Positions 38,360 to 47,830 of a DNA stretch of 64,000 nt are shown one piece after another. Location: positions 270,477-334,476 of the forward strand of contig JBAZKL010000002.1 of assembly GCA_041650835.1 (NCBI GenBank). Direction: 5' to 3'. The notes below the pieces were generated by a model. The model made no database searches. It was given only the letters and a program-made list of their open reading frames with translations, and had not been told where the DNA came from. The DNA comes from Candidatus Omnitrophota bacterium. GTDB lineage: Bacteria > Omnitrophota > Gorgyraeia > Gygaellales > Profunditerraquicolaceae. Made by a program: the position numbers and the translations under genes. How positions within the stretch are numbered: position 1 is the stretch's first letter; each line of letters starts with the position of its first letter.

Positions 38360-40255
38360 ATGAAAAAAACAATTACCGCATATTTATGTTTACTCATACT
38401 CCTCTTGAACATACGGGCCTTCGCGCAGGAAAAGCCCTTAAGCCCGCAGCAGAGGCAAATGGAAATATCAAAGCCAACCGAACAAAACAAAATTTCCCTT
38501 GATATCAAAGGCATGGACATTACCGATGTCCTTAAGATGCTGGCGACACGGTCCGGCTTAAATATCATCGTCGGCAAGAATGTAACGGGTAAAGTGACCC
38601 TTTTCCTGAAAGATGTCGACCTGTGGGAAGCCTTTCAGATACTCTTATCCGCCAATGAATTGGCTTATGACAAGAAAAACGATATAATCAACGTCATGAC
38701 GCAAAGGGATTATGAACTTATTAACGGTGAACGCTTCCAGGACAAAAAAAGGGTACAGGTATTCCATTTAAAGAATGCCAAAGCTGCCGACTTATCAAAA
38801 GCCATATTGCAGCTCAAATCGAATATCGGTAAAGTTGTGGTCGATGAAGGTTCAAATACCCTGACCATTGTCGATACGCAGGAGAAGATGGAAGAAATAG
38901 GAAGCTTTATCGAGAAAACAGACTTACCCCTGGAAACCAGGATATTTGAGCTTCAATACGCCACGGCGGAAAAGATCAGCGCAAAGCTTGCTGAATCGAT
39001 CACAAAATCAATCGGTTCCATGAAGATCGATGAACGGACAAATAAGATCGCGGTAACCGATTACCCTGATAAGCTCAATGAAATAGCAAGGATCATCACT
39101 GCCTTTGATGAAAAGACACAACAGGTCTTAATAGACGCCCAGATCATTGAGATCAGCCCTCAAAAAGACCAGTTCACCATGGGAATTGACTGGGATTACT
39201 GGCTTAAAAACAATGTCCGCCTCGTCAGCTCGCTTGCCGCGCCCTCTTTAAGCGATGTTACCTCCATACCGAACAAGTTATCTTTCGGAGTCGCCGCTGC
39301 AAACGAAACAGTAAATACACAAGGCGATTATAAAGCGGTGATCGACCTTCTCAGAACAATAGGAAAGACCAAGATCCTTTCGAGCCCCCGGATCATGGCC
39401 CTGAACAACCAGGAAGCAAAGATCCTCGTTGGGACGAAAGAGGCCTATATCACTTCCGCGATCACGCAATCGGGAGAATCGGCAGTCACTTCTCAATCTG
39501 TGAATTTTGTGGATGTCGGCATCAAGCTCTATGTTACCCCTACGATAAACCGGGATGGGTTCGTCACCATGAAAATAAAACCGGAGATCAGCTCTGCCAA
39601 ACGCACGGATATAACTGCCGACGGGAAGATCACTCAAATCCCCATCGTTACCACATCTGAATCAGAAACAACGATCATGGTAAAAGACGGCACAACCATT
39701 ATTATCGCCGGCCTCAAAAAAGACCAGCAGGAAAAAGAAGAAAAGAAGATCCCCATCCTGGGTGATATACCGATCCTGAACCTTTTCACGAAAAATAAAA
39801 GGACCGAGAACATCAAGACCGAGCTCGTTATATTTATTACCCCGCATGTGATCAGCGGAGCTGAACCCCTGGATTACAACAGCCTCACCGGGGATAAAGA
39901 TATAAGCTATATCCAGTCTTTTGCCCAAGCCCACGGACTGGACAATGCCGCCGGGAATGAAGAGGCGGAGCCCGACTCATTAGAAGCATACAAATCATCC
40001 ATTAAAAATAAGATAAAAGCCGTTATGAAGGCAAAAATACGCCCCGATGCGGCTCAAAAAGGCAAAGTCTATTTGTCTTTTACCCTTGACGATACAGGTA
40101 ATGTCAAAGGCCCGGTAAACATTATTTCCTCCACTAACCAGAATTTAAACGTTATTGCTGAACTCAGCGTATTAGAAGCATCTCCATTCTCACCGATGCC
40201 CGCGAAACTGGGAAGACCGGAAGAAAATTTTTCATTGACGCTGACATTTGAATAA
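38360..40255 (+). CDS. gspD: Secretin (GspD/PilQ family) with a C-terminal TonB-C-like domain
   Basis: Signal peptide after AAGGAG. N0/N1 domains and a secretin core (…ILSSPRIMALNNQEAKILVG…). The last 100 aa or so (…KGKVYLSFTLDDTGNV…ASPFSPMPAKL…FSLTLTFE) match the C-terminus of the TonB-like protein at 56814-57503. Confidence 0.85.
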   Translation: MKKTITAYLCLLILLLNIRAFAQEKPLSPQQRQMEISKPTEQNKISLDIKGMDITDVLKMLATRSGLNIIVGKNVTGKVTLFLKDVDLWEAFQILLSANELAYDKKNDIINVMTQRDYELINGERFQDKKRVQVFHLKNAKAADLSKAILQLKSNIGKVVVDEGSNTLTIVDTQEKMEEIGSFIEKTDLPLETRIFELQYATAEKISAKLAESITKSIGSMKIDERTNKIAVTDYPDKLNEIARIITAFDEKTQQVLIDAQIIEISPQKDQFTMGIDWDYWLKNNVRLVSSLAAPSLSDVTSIPNKLSFGVAAANETVNTQGDYKAVIDLLRTIGKTKILSSPRIMALNNQEAKILVGTKEAYITSAITQSGESAVTSQSVNFVDVGIKLYVTPTINRDGFVTMKIKPEISSAKRTDITADGKITQIPIVTTSESETTIMVKDGTTIIIAGLKKDQQEKEEKKIPILGDIPILNLFTKNKRTENIKTELVIFITPHVISGAEPLDYNSLTGDKDISYIQSFAQAHGLDNAAGNEEAEPDSLEAYKSSIKNKIKAVMKAKIRPDAAQKGKVYLSFTLDDTGNVKGPVNIISSTNQNLNVIAELSVLEASPFSPMPAKLGRPEENFSLTLTFE

Positions 40256-40321
40256 GGAGAGGCGGGCAATAAAAAAACTTTCAAATCTTAACGAAGTACG
40301 CTATATTAATAAGGAGGAATA

Positions 40322-40690
40322 ATGGCAAAATTATTGATCGTTGATGACGAAGAAGATGTCAGGGAATTCGCGGCGAGTTTCTTCCGCAAGCGTAAAATCG
40401 AAGTTTTGACCGCGGCCAGCGGCAATGAAGCGTTAGAAAAAATAGACAAAGAACGCCCTCAGTTGGTATTACTTGACATCAAAATGGACGGCAAAGACGG
40501 CATCGAAACGTTACAATGCATAAAGGAAAAGAACAAGGATATTCAAGTCATCATGGTAACCGGCAAAAAACCGGAAGAAGAAGAAATATTCAAAAAATGC
40601 ATCAACCTGGGAGCTTCCGACTATATCCATAAACCTTTAGAACTTGAAGAACTTGAAAAGATAGTTTTGTCTTTTTTAAAGAAAACGTAG
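40322..40690 (+). CDS. Single-domain response regulator
   Basis: LLIVDDEEDV…LVLLDIKMDGKDG…K receiver motifs. Confidence 0.8.
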   Translation: MAKLLIVDDEEDVREFAASFFRKRKIEVLTAASGNEALEKIDKERPQLVLLDIKMDGKDGIETLQCIKEKNKDIQVIMVTGKKPEEEEIFKKCINLGASDYIHKPLELEELEKIVLSFLKKT

Positions 40691-40696
40691 GAGAAC

Positions 40697-41866
40697 ATGG
40701 GCATTAACTATAAGAAAGAACTGGAAGCAGCCGCAAAAAGCATGATACTGGTGCATGAGCCGGACCTCTTGATAAAAATGATCGTCAGGCTCGTTGTGCA
40801 AAAGGTACAAGTCCGCCACGCAGGTATCTTGTTGCATCATCCGGAACAAAACACCTACATTCTTACCGTATCTCGCGGGCCGCTCGGGTTAAAGGTACCG
40901 GCAGGATTTGCCCGCCTCGACATGGATAATCCTTTGATCCGCTTCTTCCGTGAACATAAAGAGAAAGCGCTTTTTAACCATGAAGCCCTTGTCTACAGGG
41001 AAGCCGAACGCATTTTAAAAAAAGATAAAACCATGGACGCGCAGTTGCGGACGCTCCTCGAGCGGGTGCTCTATCAGCTCGACATCTTTGATGTCGCAGT
41101 TTGTATCCCGAGCTTTTACCGGGAAGACCTCATCGGAATACTCTTTTTAGGGAACAAGAAGAACAAGAGGGCTTTCGGTCATGATGAATTGGCATTTTTC
41201 AACGCACTCACTTCTGATGTTGCTATGGCAATACGCAACGCCCGCCTCTTTAAACAGCTGGAGGTCGAGTTAGACAAAAGGCAGAAACTTTTCATGAACA
41301 CAACAGTCGCCCTTGCTGCCGCAGTCGAAGCCAAAGACCGCTACACCCACGGCCATACTGAACGGGTAACGCATTACAGCGTTGAAATCGCTAAAACAGT
41401 TATCCAGGAGCAATCCGCGAACTTATCCGATAAATTCTACGAGGACCTGCATATTGCCGCGCTGCTCCATGACATCGGCAAGATCGGCATACCGGAAAGC
41501 ATCTTGAACAAAGAAGCGCCTCTGACTGCTGAAGAGTGGAAAAAAATGCAGACACACCCCACGATCGGCGCTAATATCCTCCAATCCATCGGTGAGCTGG
41601 GAAACGCCATTTTAGGGGTAAAATACCATCATGAACGCTATGACGGCAAGGGTTACCCCGAAGGCTTACGTGAAGACAACATCCCCTTAATCGCCGCCAT
41701 TATCGCAGTTGCGGATAGCTTCGATGCCATGACAACGGACAGGCCCTATCGTAAAGCGAAAGAAAAAGAAGCGGCGCTTCAAGAAATAAAGAGCCTCGCC
41801 GGCCAACAATTCAACCCTGCCGTTGTAAATGCATTTACAAAAGCATATCAAGAAGGAAAGATCTAA
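40697..41866 (+). CDS. GAF-like sensor fused to an HD-GYP phosphodiesterase
   Basis: HD motif LLHDIGKIG and HHERYDGKGYPEGL, which is the HD-GYP signature. Confidence 0.8.
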   Translation: MGINYKKELEAAAKSMILVHEPDLLIKMIVRLVVQKVQVRHAGILLHHPEQNTYILTVSRGPLGLKVPAGFARLDMDNPLIRFFREHKEKALFNHEALVYREAERILKKDKTMDAQLRTLLERVLYQLDIFDVAVCIPSFYREDLIGILFLGNKKNKRAFGHDELAFFNALTSDVAMAIRNARLFKQLEVELDKRQKLFMNTTVALAAAVEAKDRYTHGHTERVTHYSVEIAKTVIQEQSANLSDKFYEDLHIAALLHDIGKIGIPESILNKEAPLTAEEWKKMQTHPTIGANILQSIGELGNAILGVKYHHERYDGKGYPEGLREDNIPLIAAIIAVADSFDAMTTDRPYRKAKEKEAALQEIKSLAGQQFNPAVVNAFTKAYQEGKI

Positions 41867-41868
41867 CT

Positions 41869-42987
41869 ATGGCAAAAAAACGAGTGATTCTCATGTACAT
41901 CTCTGAAACTTCCGGGCACCACAGCGCCACACTTGCGATCGAGAAAACCCTCAAGATATTATCCCCGGATACCGAGATCCTCAACATCAATGCCTTTAAT
42001 TACACAAACCCGATCTCAGAAAAAATAGTTAACAGCATTTACATGAGCATTATTAAACGGACCCCGAAGATCTGGGACTACCTTTACGATAACCCCTCCA
42101 TAGCAAAAAAGATCGCTAAAATAAAAGAGGTGATCCACAAATTCAATTCACCGAAGCTCAAGAACCTTTTTGACCGTTTTAAACCAGACGTCGTTGTCTG
42201 CACCCAGGCATTCCCCTGCGGGATGGTCGCGGATTACAAAAAAACCTACGCTTCCCCCATACCGCTTATCGCCGTATTGACCGACTACGTCCCTCATTCA
42301 TACTGGGTTTACGATGCGGTCAATTATTATATTACCCCCTCGGAAGAGGTGTCGCAAAATCTCGTTAAAAAAGGCATAGCCCCGGTGAAGATAAAAGATT
42401 TAGGGATCCCCTTTGACCCGAAGTTCAACGAGCCGGTTGACCGCGACAAAACAATCAAAAAACTTAAACTTGACCCTGAAGCGACAACGCTCTTGATCAT
42501 GGGGGGAGGCCAGGGACTCGGGCCCATTAAAACGATCGTTAAATCTTTAGAAAAAGTAACAAAGAATATTCAAGAGATCATCGTTACCGGGACAAATAAA
42601 AAACTGAATAAATCTTTAAAGCGAAAAATAAAAAAATACAAAAAAAAGATAGTTCTTTTCGGGTATACCGACGCTATTAACGAACTTATGACTATCGCGG
42701 ATATCATTATCACTAAACCCGGAGGGATCACCACCGCGGAAGCATTGGCCAAAAAGCTCCCCTTGATCATCGTAAAACCCATACCGGGGCAGGAGATCAA
42801 TAATACCCTTTATTTAACTCAAAAACACGCGGCGATCAAAATAGACAAACCCAACAAAATTAATTTTACGATCGATGAATTAAGCGGGAACCGGCAGGTC
42901 CTTGAAGCATTACGCGAATCCGCCGGGGCGATCAGCAAGCCAAATTCCAGCATTGATATTAGCAAATTGATATTAAGCCTTAAATAA
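41869..42987 (+). CDS. Monoglycosyl-diacylglycerol synthase-like glycosyltransferase (MGDG_synth N-domain plus GT28 C-domain)
   Basis: ILMYISETSGHHSATLAIEKTLK N-terminus like UgtP/MGDG synthases, with a GT-B C-terminal half. Confidence 0.65.
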   Translation: MAKKRVILMYISETSGHHSATLAIEKTLKILSPDTEILNINAFNYTNPISEKIVNSIYMSIIKRTPKIWDYLYDNPSIAKKIAKIKEVIHKFNSPKLKNLFDRFKPDVVVCTQAFPCGMVADYKKTYASPIPLIAVLTDYVPHSYWVYDAVNYYITPSEEVSQNLVKKGIAPVKIKDLGIPFDPKFNEPVDRDKTIKKLKLDPEATTLLIMGGGQGLGPIKTIVKSLEKVTKNIQEIIVTGTNKKLNKSLKRKIKKYKKKIVLFGYTDAINELMTIADIIITKPGGITTAEALAKKLPLIIVKPIPGQEINNTLYLTQKHAAIKIDKPNKINFTIDELSGNRQVLEALRESAGAISKPNSSIDISKLILSLK

Positions 42988-43015
42988 CAGGGATTAAATC
43001 CGTAATTGTCTTAAT

Positions 43016-43912
43016 ATGTTTAATTATATACTTTACCGTTTAGGGCAATTTTTAGTATTATCGCTGCCCTTGAAGCTGAGTTATCGCCTGGCGATATTCA
43101 TCTCCGACGTGCATTTCCTTTTCGCGAACATTGACCGTAAAACGGTAAAAGAGAACCTGAAGGCTATCTTTCCTGAAAAGACCCTCCGGGAACGCAAGAA
43201 GATACGCCTGGAGATGTTCAGGAATTTCGCGAAGTACCTCGTGGATTTCTTCAGGTTTTCTATTCTCAACAAAGAATATATCAAGAATAACATCTCTATA
43301 GAAAACCTGCACTACCTGGATGAAACTTTAAAAAAAGGAAAGGGCGGCATAATTTTAACCGCGCATATCGGCAATTGGGAATTAGGAGGGGTCGTTGTCG
43401 CGCAATTGGGATATCCATTTTGGGCGGTCGCGCTCCCGCACAAAAACAAGAAAGTAAATGATTTCTTCAATTTCCAAAGAGGGATAAAGAACGTTAAGAT
43501 CATACCCTTTGGAAAAGCAGTCAGGCAAAGCCTGACCGTCTTAAAAGAAAATAAGCTGCTGGCGCTGGTAGGTGACAGGGATTTCACCAAAGAAAAAGGA
43601 ATAGCGGTAGATTTCCTGAACAAATGCACAACCTTACCGAAGGGCCCGGCAGCGTTCGCGCTCAAGACAGGAGCTGCGATCATTCCCGGATTCATGCTGC
43701 GTAACCCCGATGACAGCTTTACCCTCAGGTTTGAAAAACCGATCGATCTACCCGAGCATACGTTAAACAGCCAGCACCAGAACAGCGGCTTTGATCTAGA
43801 TGAAAAAAAACTCAAAGAGATCACCATCCTTTATAAAACAATTATTGAAACATATATCAAAAAATACCCGGAGCAATGGTATATGTTCAGAAAATACTGG
43901 ATAGACCCGTAA
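43016..43912 (+). CDS. Lipid A biosynthesis (LpxL/HtrB-type) lysophospholipid acyltransferase family
   Basis: N-terminal TM plus the LTAHIGNWELGG HX4(D/E)-type motif of the Lip_A_acyltrans family. Confidence 0.65.
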   Translation: MFNYILYRLGQFLVLSLPLKLSYRLAIFISDVHFLFANIDRKTVKENLKAIFPEKTLRERKKIRLEMFRNFAKYLVDFFRFSILNKEYIKNNISIENLHYLDETLKKGKGGIILTAHIGNWELGGVVVAQLGYPFWAVALPHKNKKVNDFFNFQRGIKNVKIIPFGKAVRQSLTVLKENKLLALVGDRDFTKEKGIAVDFLNKCTTLPKGPAAFALKTGAAIIPGFMLRNPDDSFTLRFEKPIDLPEHTLNSQHQNSGFDLDEKKLKEITILYKTIIETYIKKYPEQWYMFRKYWIDP

Positions 43913-43914
43913 AT

Positions 43915-44586
43915 ATGAGATCATGCGTTATCATGCCTGCCTATAACGAATCACGCGCCATAGAAGGCCTCATCAAGTGCCTGCGGGAACAAAACCTCGC
44001 TACAATAGTGATCGACGATGGCTCATCGGATAACACTGCTTCCCTCGCAAAGCTGTCCGGGGCAGTTGTCCTGGAAAACCCTCAGAATATCGGTAAAGGC
44101 GCGTCATTAACCAAAGGCTTTGATTACGCCCTCTCACAGGGATTTGACGCTGTTGTTACCATGGACGGTGACGGCCAGCACCTTCCGGAGGAAGCAGCCC
44201 ACTTTATTACGGTCGCCGAGCGATCAAACGCCGGCATATTGATCGGCAATCGCATGAATCAGGTCCAAAATATGCCCTTCATACGCGTCCAGACTAATAA
44301 ATTCATGTCCTGGATCATATCCCGGTTATGCAGGCAAATGATCCCTGATACGCAGTGCGGCTTTCGGCTCATACGAAGCGAAGTTTTGAAAAAGATCAGC
44401 CTCAGAACGTATAAATACGAAGCTGAATCCGAGATCCTCATTCAAGCGGCACGATTGGGATTCAGTATTGAATCGGTCCCGGTCAAAACAATCTACCGGG
44501 ATGAAAAAAGCAGCATCCACCCGGTCTGGGACACTATCCGTTTCATCAGGTTCATTCTCAGAGAACTATGGATTACACGGCATTAA
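43915..44586 (+). CDS. Family-2 glycosyltransferase (polyprenyl-phosphate/Dpm1-like)
   Basis: CVIMPAYNESRAI…IVIDDGSSDNT…VVTMDGDGQH GT2 signatures. Start taken at the ATG after the upstream stop. Confidence 0.7.
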   Translation: MRSCVIMPAYNESRAIEGLIKCLREQNLATIVIDDGSSDNTASLAKLSGAVVLENPQNIGKGASLTKGFDYALSQGFDAVVTMDGDGQHLPEEAAHFITVAERSNAGILIGNRMNQVQNMPFIRVQTNKFMSWIISRLCRQMIPDTQCGFRLIRSEVLKKISLRTYKYEAESEILIQAARLGFSIESVPVKTIYRDEKSSIHPVWDTIRFIRFILRELWITRH

Positions 44587-45227
44587 GAAAACGTATGGTT
44601 GAAGAGCAGATCGTTGCGCGGGGCGTCAATAATAAGAGGGTCATTGACGCCTTCAGAAAAGTCGAACGTCACCGCTTCATCCCTGTCGATAAAAGGGCGA
44701 GCGCTTACGCTGATTTCCCCATTTCTATCGGAGAAGGACAAACCATCTCACAACCCTACATTGTCGCGGTCATGACGCAATCTCTGGACTTAAGCGGAGC
44801 CGAAAAAGTGCTTGAGATCGGCACAGGCTCAGGGTATCAAACGGCAATACTTGCGGAATTGGCGAAAGAGGTCTTTACCATCGAACGCCTTCAAAAGCTC
44901 TCGTCACATGCGGCTTCTACCCTCGCTGAAATGGGGTATAAGAATATCCATTTCTTAGCGGGGGACGGGACATTAGGATGGCAAGAAGAAGCTCCTTTTG
45001 ACCGGATCATTATCACGGCAGCCAGCCCTCAGATACCGCTGCCGTTAACCGAACAGCTTATCGAATCCGGCAAACTTGTTTTACCCTTAGGGCCTCAAGG
45101 CAGCCAAATGTTAACATTGGTAAAAAAAGAAAACCATAAACTTGAATCCACCTATATCTGCGGCTGTATTTTTGTCCCTTTGATAGGGAAGTTCGGGAAT
45201 ACCGGCAGCGACGCGCGTAATAACTAA
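44568..45227 (+). CDS. pcm: Protein-L-isoaspartate O-methyltransferase
   Basis: VDAFRKVERHRFIP, the LEIGTGSGYQTA SAM motif and overall PCMT collinearity. Confidence 0.8.
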   Translation: MDYTALRKRMVEEQIVARGVNNKRVIDAFRKVERHRFIPVDKRASAYADFPISIGEGQTISQPYIVAVMTQSLDLSGAEKVLEIGTGSGYQTAILAELAKEVFTIERLQKLSSHAASTLAEMGYKNIHFLAGDGTLGWQEEAPFDRIIITAASPQIPLPLTEQLIESGKLVLPLGPQGSQMLTLVKKENHKLESTYICGCIFVPLIGKFGNTGSDARNN

Positions 45228-45260
45228 AACAAAGACTACTTCACAGGAAGAAGGCTTCAC

Positions 45261-45758
45261 ATGTTAAATGAAATACTTCAAGGATTGCGGGACTTACCGA
45301 AAGAATGGATCGTATTTATTGTGGCGGCATTGCCTGTTTCAGAATTAAGAGGGGCGATCCCTTTAGGGCTATCTTTGGGAATGCCTTTATCTAAAGCCTT
45401 CTGGCTGTCAATTTTGGGAAACGCCAGCTTTGTCGCGCCAGCGCTTTTTTTATGCGACCCGATTTCACGGAAATTAAGGAGATTATCCTGGTTCGCGCGT
45501 TTTTTTACCTGGATCGAGAAACGCACCATGAAAAATGCCGATTCCATACAAAAATACGAAGCACTCGGCCTTGCCATTTTTGTAGGAATCCCCCTACCCA
45601 TGACCGGAGCCTGGAGCGGAGTGATCGCTGCTTCTCTTTTTAAGATACGCTTTCGATACGCCTTTCTTTCGATCATGGCAGGAATAATCGGCGCGGGGAC
45701 AATCGTCAGTGTACTCTGCGCGCTGGGGATCATGAGCTGGAAGGCGGTAACACAATGA
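45261..45758 (+). CDS. Small polytopic membrane protein (COG2426 / small multidrug-export-like)
   Basis: Four predicted TM helices, 165 aa. Weak family resemblance only. Confidence 0.35.
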   Translation: MLNEILQGLRDLPKEWIVFIVAALPVSELRGAIPLGLSLGMPLSKAFWLSILGNASFVAPALFLCDPISRKLRRLSWFARFFTWIEKRTMKNADSIQKYEALGLAIFVGIPLPMTGAWSGVIAASLFKIRFRYAFLSIMAGIIGAGTIVSVLCALGIMSWKAVTQ

Positions 45759-46258
45759 TCCACGTTTATACCGGGGATGGTAAAGGAAAGACCACCGCGG
45801 CCTTAGGGTTAGCGCTGCGCGCCGCAGGCGCCGGGCTCAAAGTATATATCTGCCAGTTCTTAAAGAGCCGGCCGACCAGCGAGTTGACGGCGTTACATAA
45901 GCTCAAAAAGATCACGGTCAAACAATGCGGCAGCCAATGTTTTATCCGGAAATCGCCGGCAAAAAAAGATATTGAACTCGCGCAAGGCGGTTTCCAAGCC
46001 GCGCGCAAAGCGATAGCCTCAGGCGCTTACAGCGTAATCATCCTTGATGAGATCAATTGCGCGGTCAACCTGAAGCTTATCGGAATAGAAGAGGTCGTTT
46101 CATTGCTAAAAGGTACGCCTTCCTGCGTAGAACTGGTCCTTACCGGCAGGAACGCCCCAAAACAGATTAAGGACTGCGCTGACCTGGTCAGCGAGATCAA
46201 GGAAATCAAACACTATTTCAAAAAAGGGATAAACGCCCGCAAGGGCATAGAATATTAA
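45755..46258 (+). CDS. cobO: Cob(I)yrinic acid a,c-diamide adenosyltransferase
   Basis: MIHVYTGDGKGKTTAALGLALRAAGAG P-loop N-terminus typical of CobA/CobO/BtuR. Confidence 0.8.
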   Translation: MIHVYTGDGKGKTTAALGLALRAAGAGLKVYICQFLKSRPTSELTALHKLKKITVKQCGSQCFIRKSPAKKDIELAQGGFQAARKAIASGAYSVIILDEINCAVNLKLIGIEEVVSLLKGTPSCVELVLTGRNAPKQIKDCADLVSEIKEIKHYFKKGINARKGIEY

Positions 46259-46263
46259 AAGCC

Positions 46264-46494
46264 ATGGACTCTTTCAACCTGACCAGCGAATACCTTGAAC
46301 TCTTTAAAATACTTAAAATTACCGGACTCTTTGAAAGCGGAGGCACCGCTAAATATTCCATCGCTTCAGGCCTCGTTAAGGTCGACGGAAAGGTTGAAAC
46401 GCGTAAAGCGGCGAAGATCCGCACTGGACAGCGCATTGAATATAACGGAAACGTGATACTTATTACCCGTGACCTTAAAAAAGATCCCGTTTAA
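46264..46494 (+). CDS. S4-domain RNA-binding protein
   Basis: 76 aa. …ASGLVKVDGKVETRKAAKIRTGQRIEYNG… fits the S4 fold. Confidence 0.55.
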   Translation: MDSFNLTSEYLELFKILKITGLFESGGTAKYSIASGLVKVDGKVETRKAAKIRTGQRIEYNGNVILITRDLKKDPV

Positions 46495-46499
46495 ACCAG

Positions 46500-46880
46500 A
46501 TGCTCCTGACAAAGATCATTTATCTGATTATCGGAGGCTCCCTCGGTACAGTCGCCCGGTATTTTATCTCGAACGCGACCTACCAATTATTCGGCAGCGG
46601 CTTCCCCTACGGGACTCTCACCGTTAACCTCCTGGGTTGTTTTATCATGGGGCTGCTTGCGGCACTCAGCGATTACAAGCTCTTACTTGGGCCGTCCGCG
46701 CGTTTACTCTTGATGATAGGCTTCTGCGGAGCTTTTACGACCTTTTCCACATTGATCTTTGAAACAAACAATCTTATAAAAGACGGCCAAGACTTACGCG
46801 CGCTGGCGAATATTATGGTAAGCGTCATTGCCGGCTTTATTATATTTCGCATCGGCATTTTCTTAGGAAGGATTTTATAA
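46500..46880 (+). CDS. crcB: Fluoride ion channel CrcB/Fluc
   Basis: 126 aa, four TM helices, with the GSLGTVARY and FCGAFTTFST motifs. Confidence 0.8.
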   Translation: MLLTKIIYLIIGGSLGTVARYFISNATYQLFGSGFPYGTLTVNLLGCFIMGLLAALSDYKLLLGPSARLLLMIGFCGAFTTFSTLIFETNNLIKDGQDLRALANIMVSVIAGFIIFRIGIFLGRIL

Positions 46881-46892
46881 AAAGGGGGAGCC

Positions 46893-47228
46893 ATGAAAAT
46901 TCCCGCAGAAGGAAAATTACTGCGCATCTTTATCGATGAAACAGATACCTGGAACGGAAAACCGCTGTATGAAGAACTTATTCTGCTCGCCCGCAAGCAA
47001 GGCTTAGCCGGGGCTACCGCTATAAAGGGTTTTATGGGGTTTGGGTGTCAAAGCCGCTTACACACGACAAAACTACTTGAACTCTCTGAAGACCTGCCGG
47101 TTATTATTGAGATCGTTGACAGCGAAGAAAAGATCAATGAATTCATTCCTTCGATCGACACGATGGTTGCTGAAGGCTTGATTACACTTGAAAGGATAAA
47201 TGTCATCATGTACCGCGCCAGGAAATAA
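46893..47228 (+). CDS. DUF190 (PII-like) protein commonly linked to crcB
   Basis: LLRIFIDETDTWNGKPLYEELI…GATAIKGFMGFG pattern. Confidence 0.6.
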   Translation: MKIPAEGKLLRIFIDETDTWNGKPLYEELILLARKQGLAGATAIKGFMGFGCQSRLHTTKLLELSEDLPVIIEIVDSEEKINEFIPSIDTMVAEGLITLERINVIMYRARK

Positions 47229-47252
47229 CTCATGCTTCAAATAAACTGATCG

Positions 47253-47549
47253 ATGAAAATAAAACACGTAATTCTCGGTGGCCTCTGTGTCTTAATACCA
47301 ATCCTTATCGTAGTGAGGGCGAAACTTATTTACTCCGAAGGGCCCCGCATCATACAAGAACTTGAAGCGTACAAACAAATTGAAGGGAGCTACCCCGCCG
47401 CCCTGGATGCTGCGAAGATCAAAAGCAGCTTTTACCCGCGCTATTACTATAATCAAACGCAAGGGGCTTATATAGTATTATATTCCATTTTTGCCTACTG
47501 GCGGTGGTGTTATGATTCACGCACTCAGTCCTGGATGCATTTAGATTAA
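47253..47549 (+). CDS. Small hypothetical membrane-anchored protein
   Basis: ORF with an N-terminal TM helix and no family recognised. Could be non-coding. Confidence 0.3.
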   Translation: MKIKHVILGGLCVLIPILIVVRAKLIYSEGPRIIQELEAYKQIEGSYPAALDAAKIKSSFYPRYYYNQTQGAYIVLYSIFAYWRWCYDSRTQSWMHLD

Positions 47550-47589
47550 AAGATAATTTTCTTGACACAACAGGATAATTCAGTTAGGC

Positions 47590-47830
47590 TATACACAGGT
47601 AAGGGAAGCTTGTGAAATTCAAGCACAGTCCCGCTGCTGTAAGGAAGTACGAAATTCCGCTATTTGAGCCACTGGAGGAACACTCCGGGAAGGCGCGGAA
47701 AAGTAGGATCATCTCCGAGTCAGAACACCTCACCTGCATATTGGTAATACCTCGAGGACAAGGCTTTAAAACAGGGTGCAACCCCGAGCACAGTTTCGTA
47801 GAAATAACTGGCCGGGGGTTTTTTGTTTTT
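47590..47830 (+). promoter_or_regulatory. Cobalamin riboswitch with an intrinsic terminator, upstream of btuFCD
   Basis: AAGGGAAGCTTGTGAAATTCAAGCACAGTCCCGCTGCTGTAAGG core and the B12-box GAGCCACTGG. P1 arms ACAGGT (47594) and ACCTG (47731). A GC hairpin plus T-run at 47780-47830. Confidence 0.75.
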
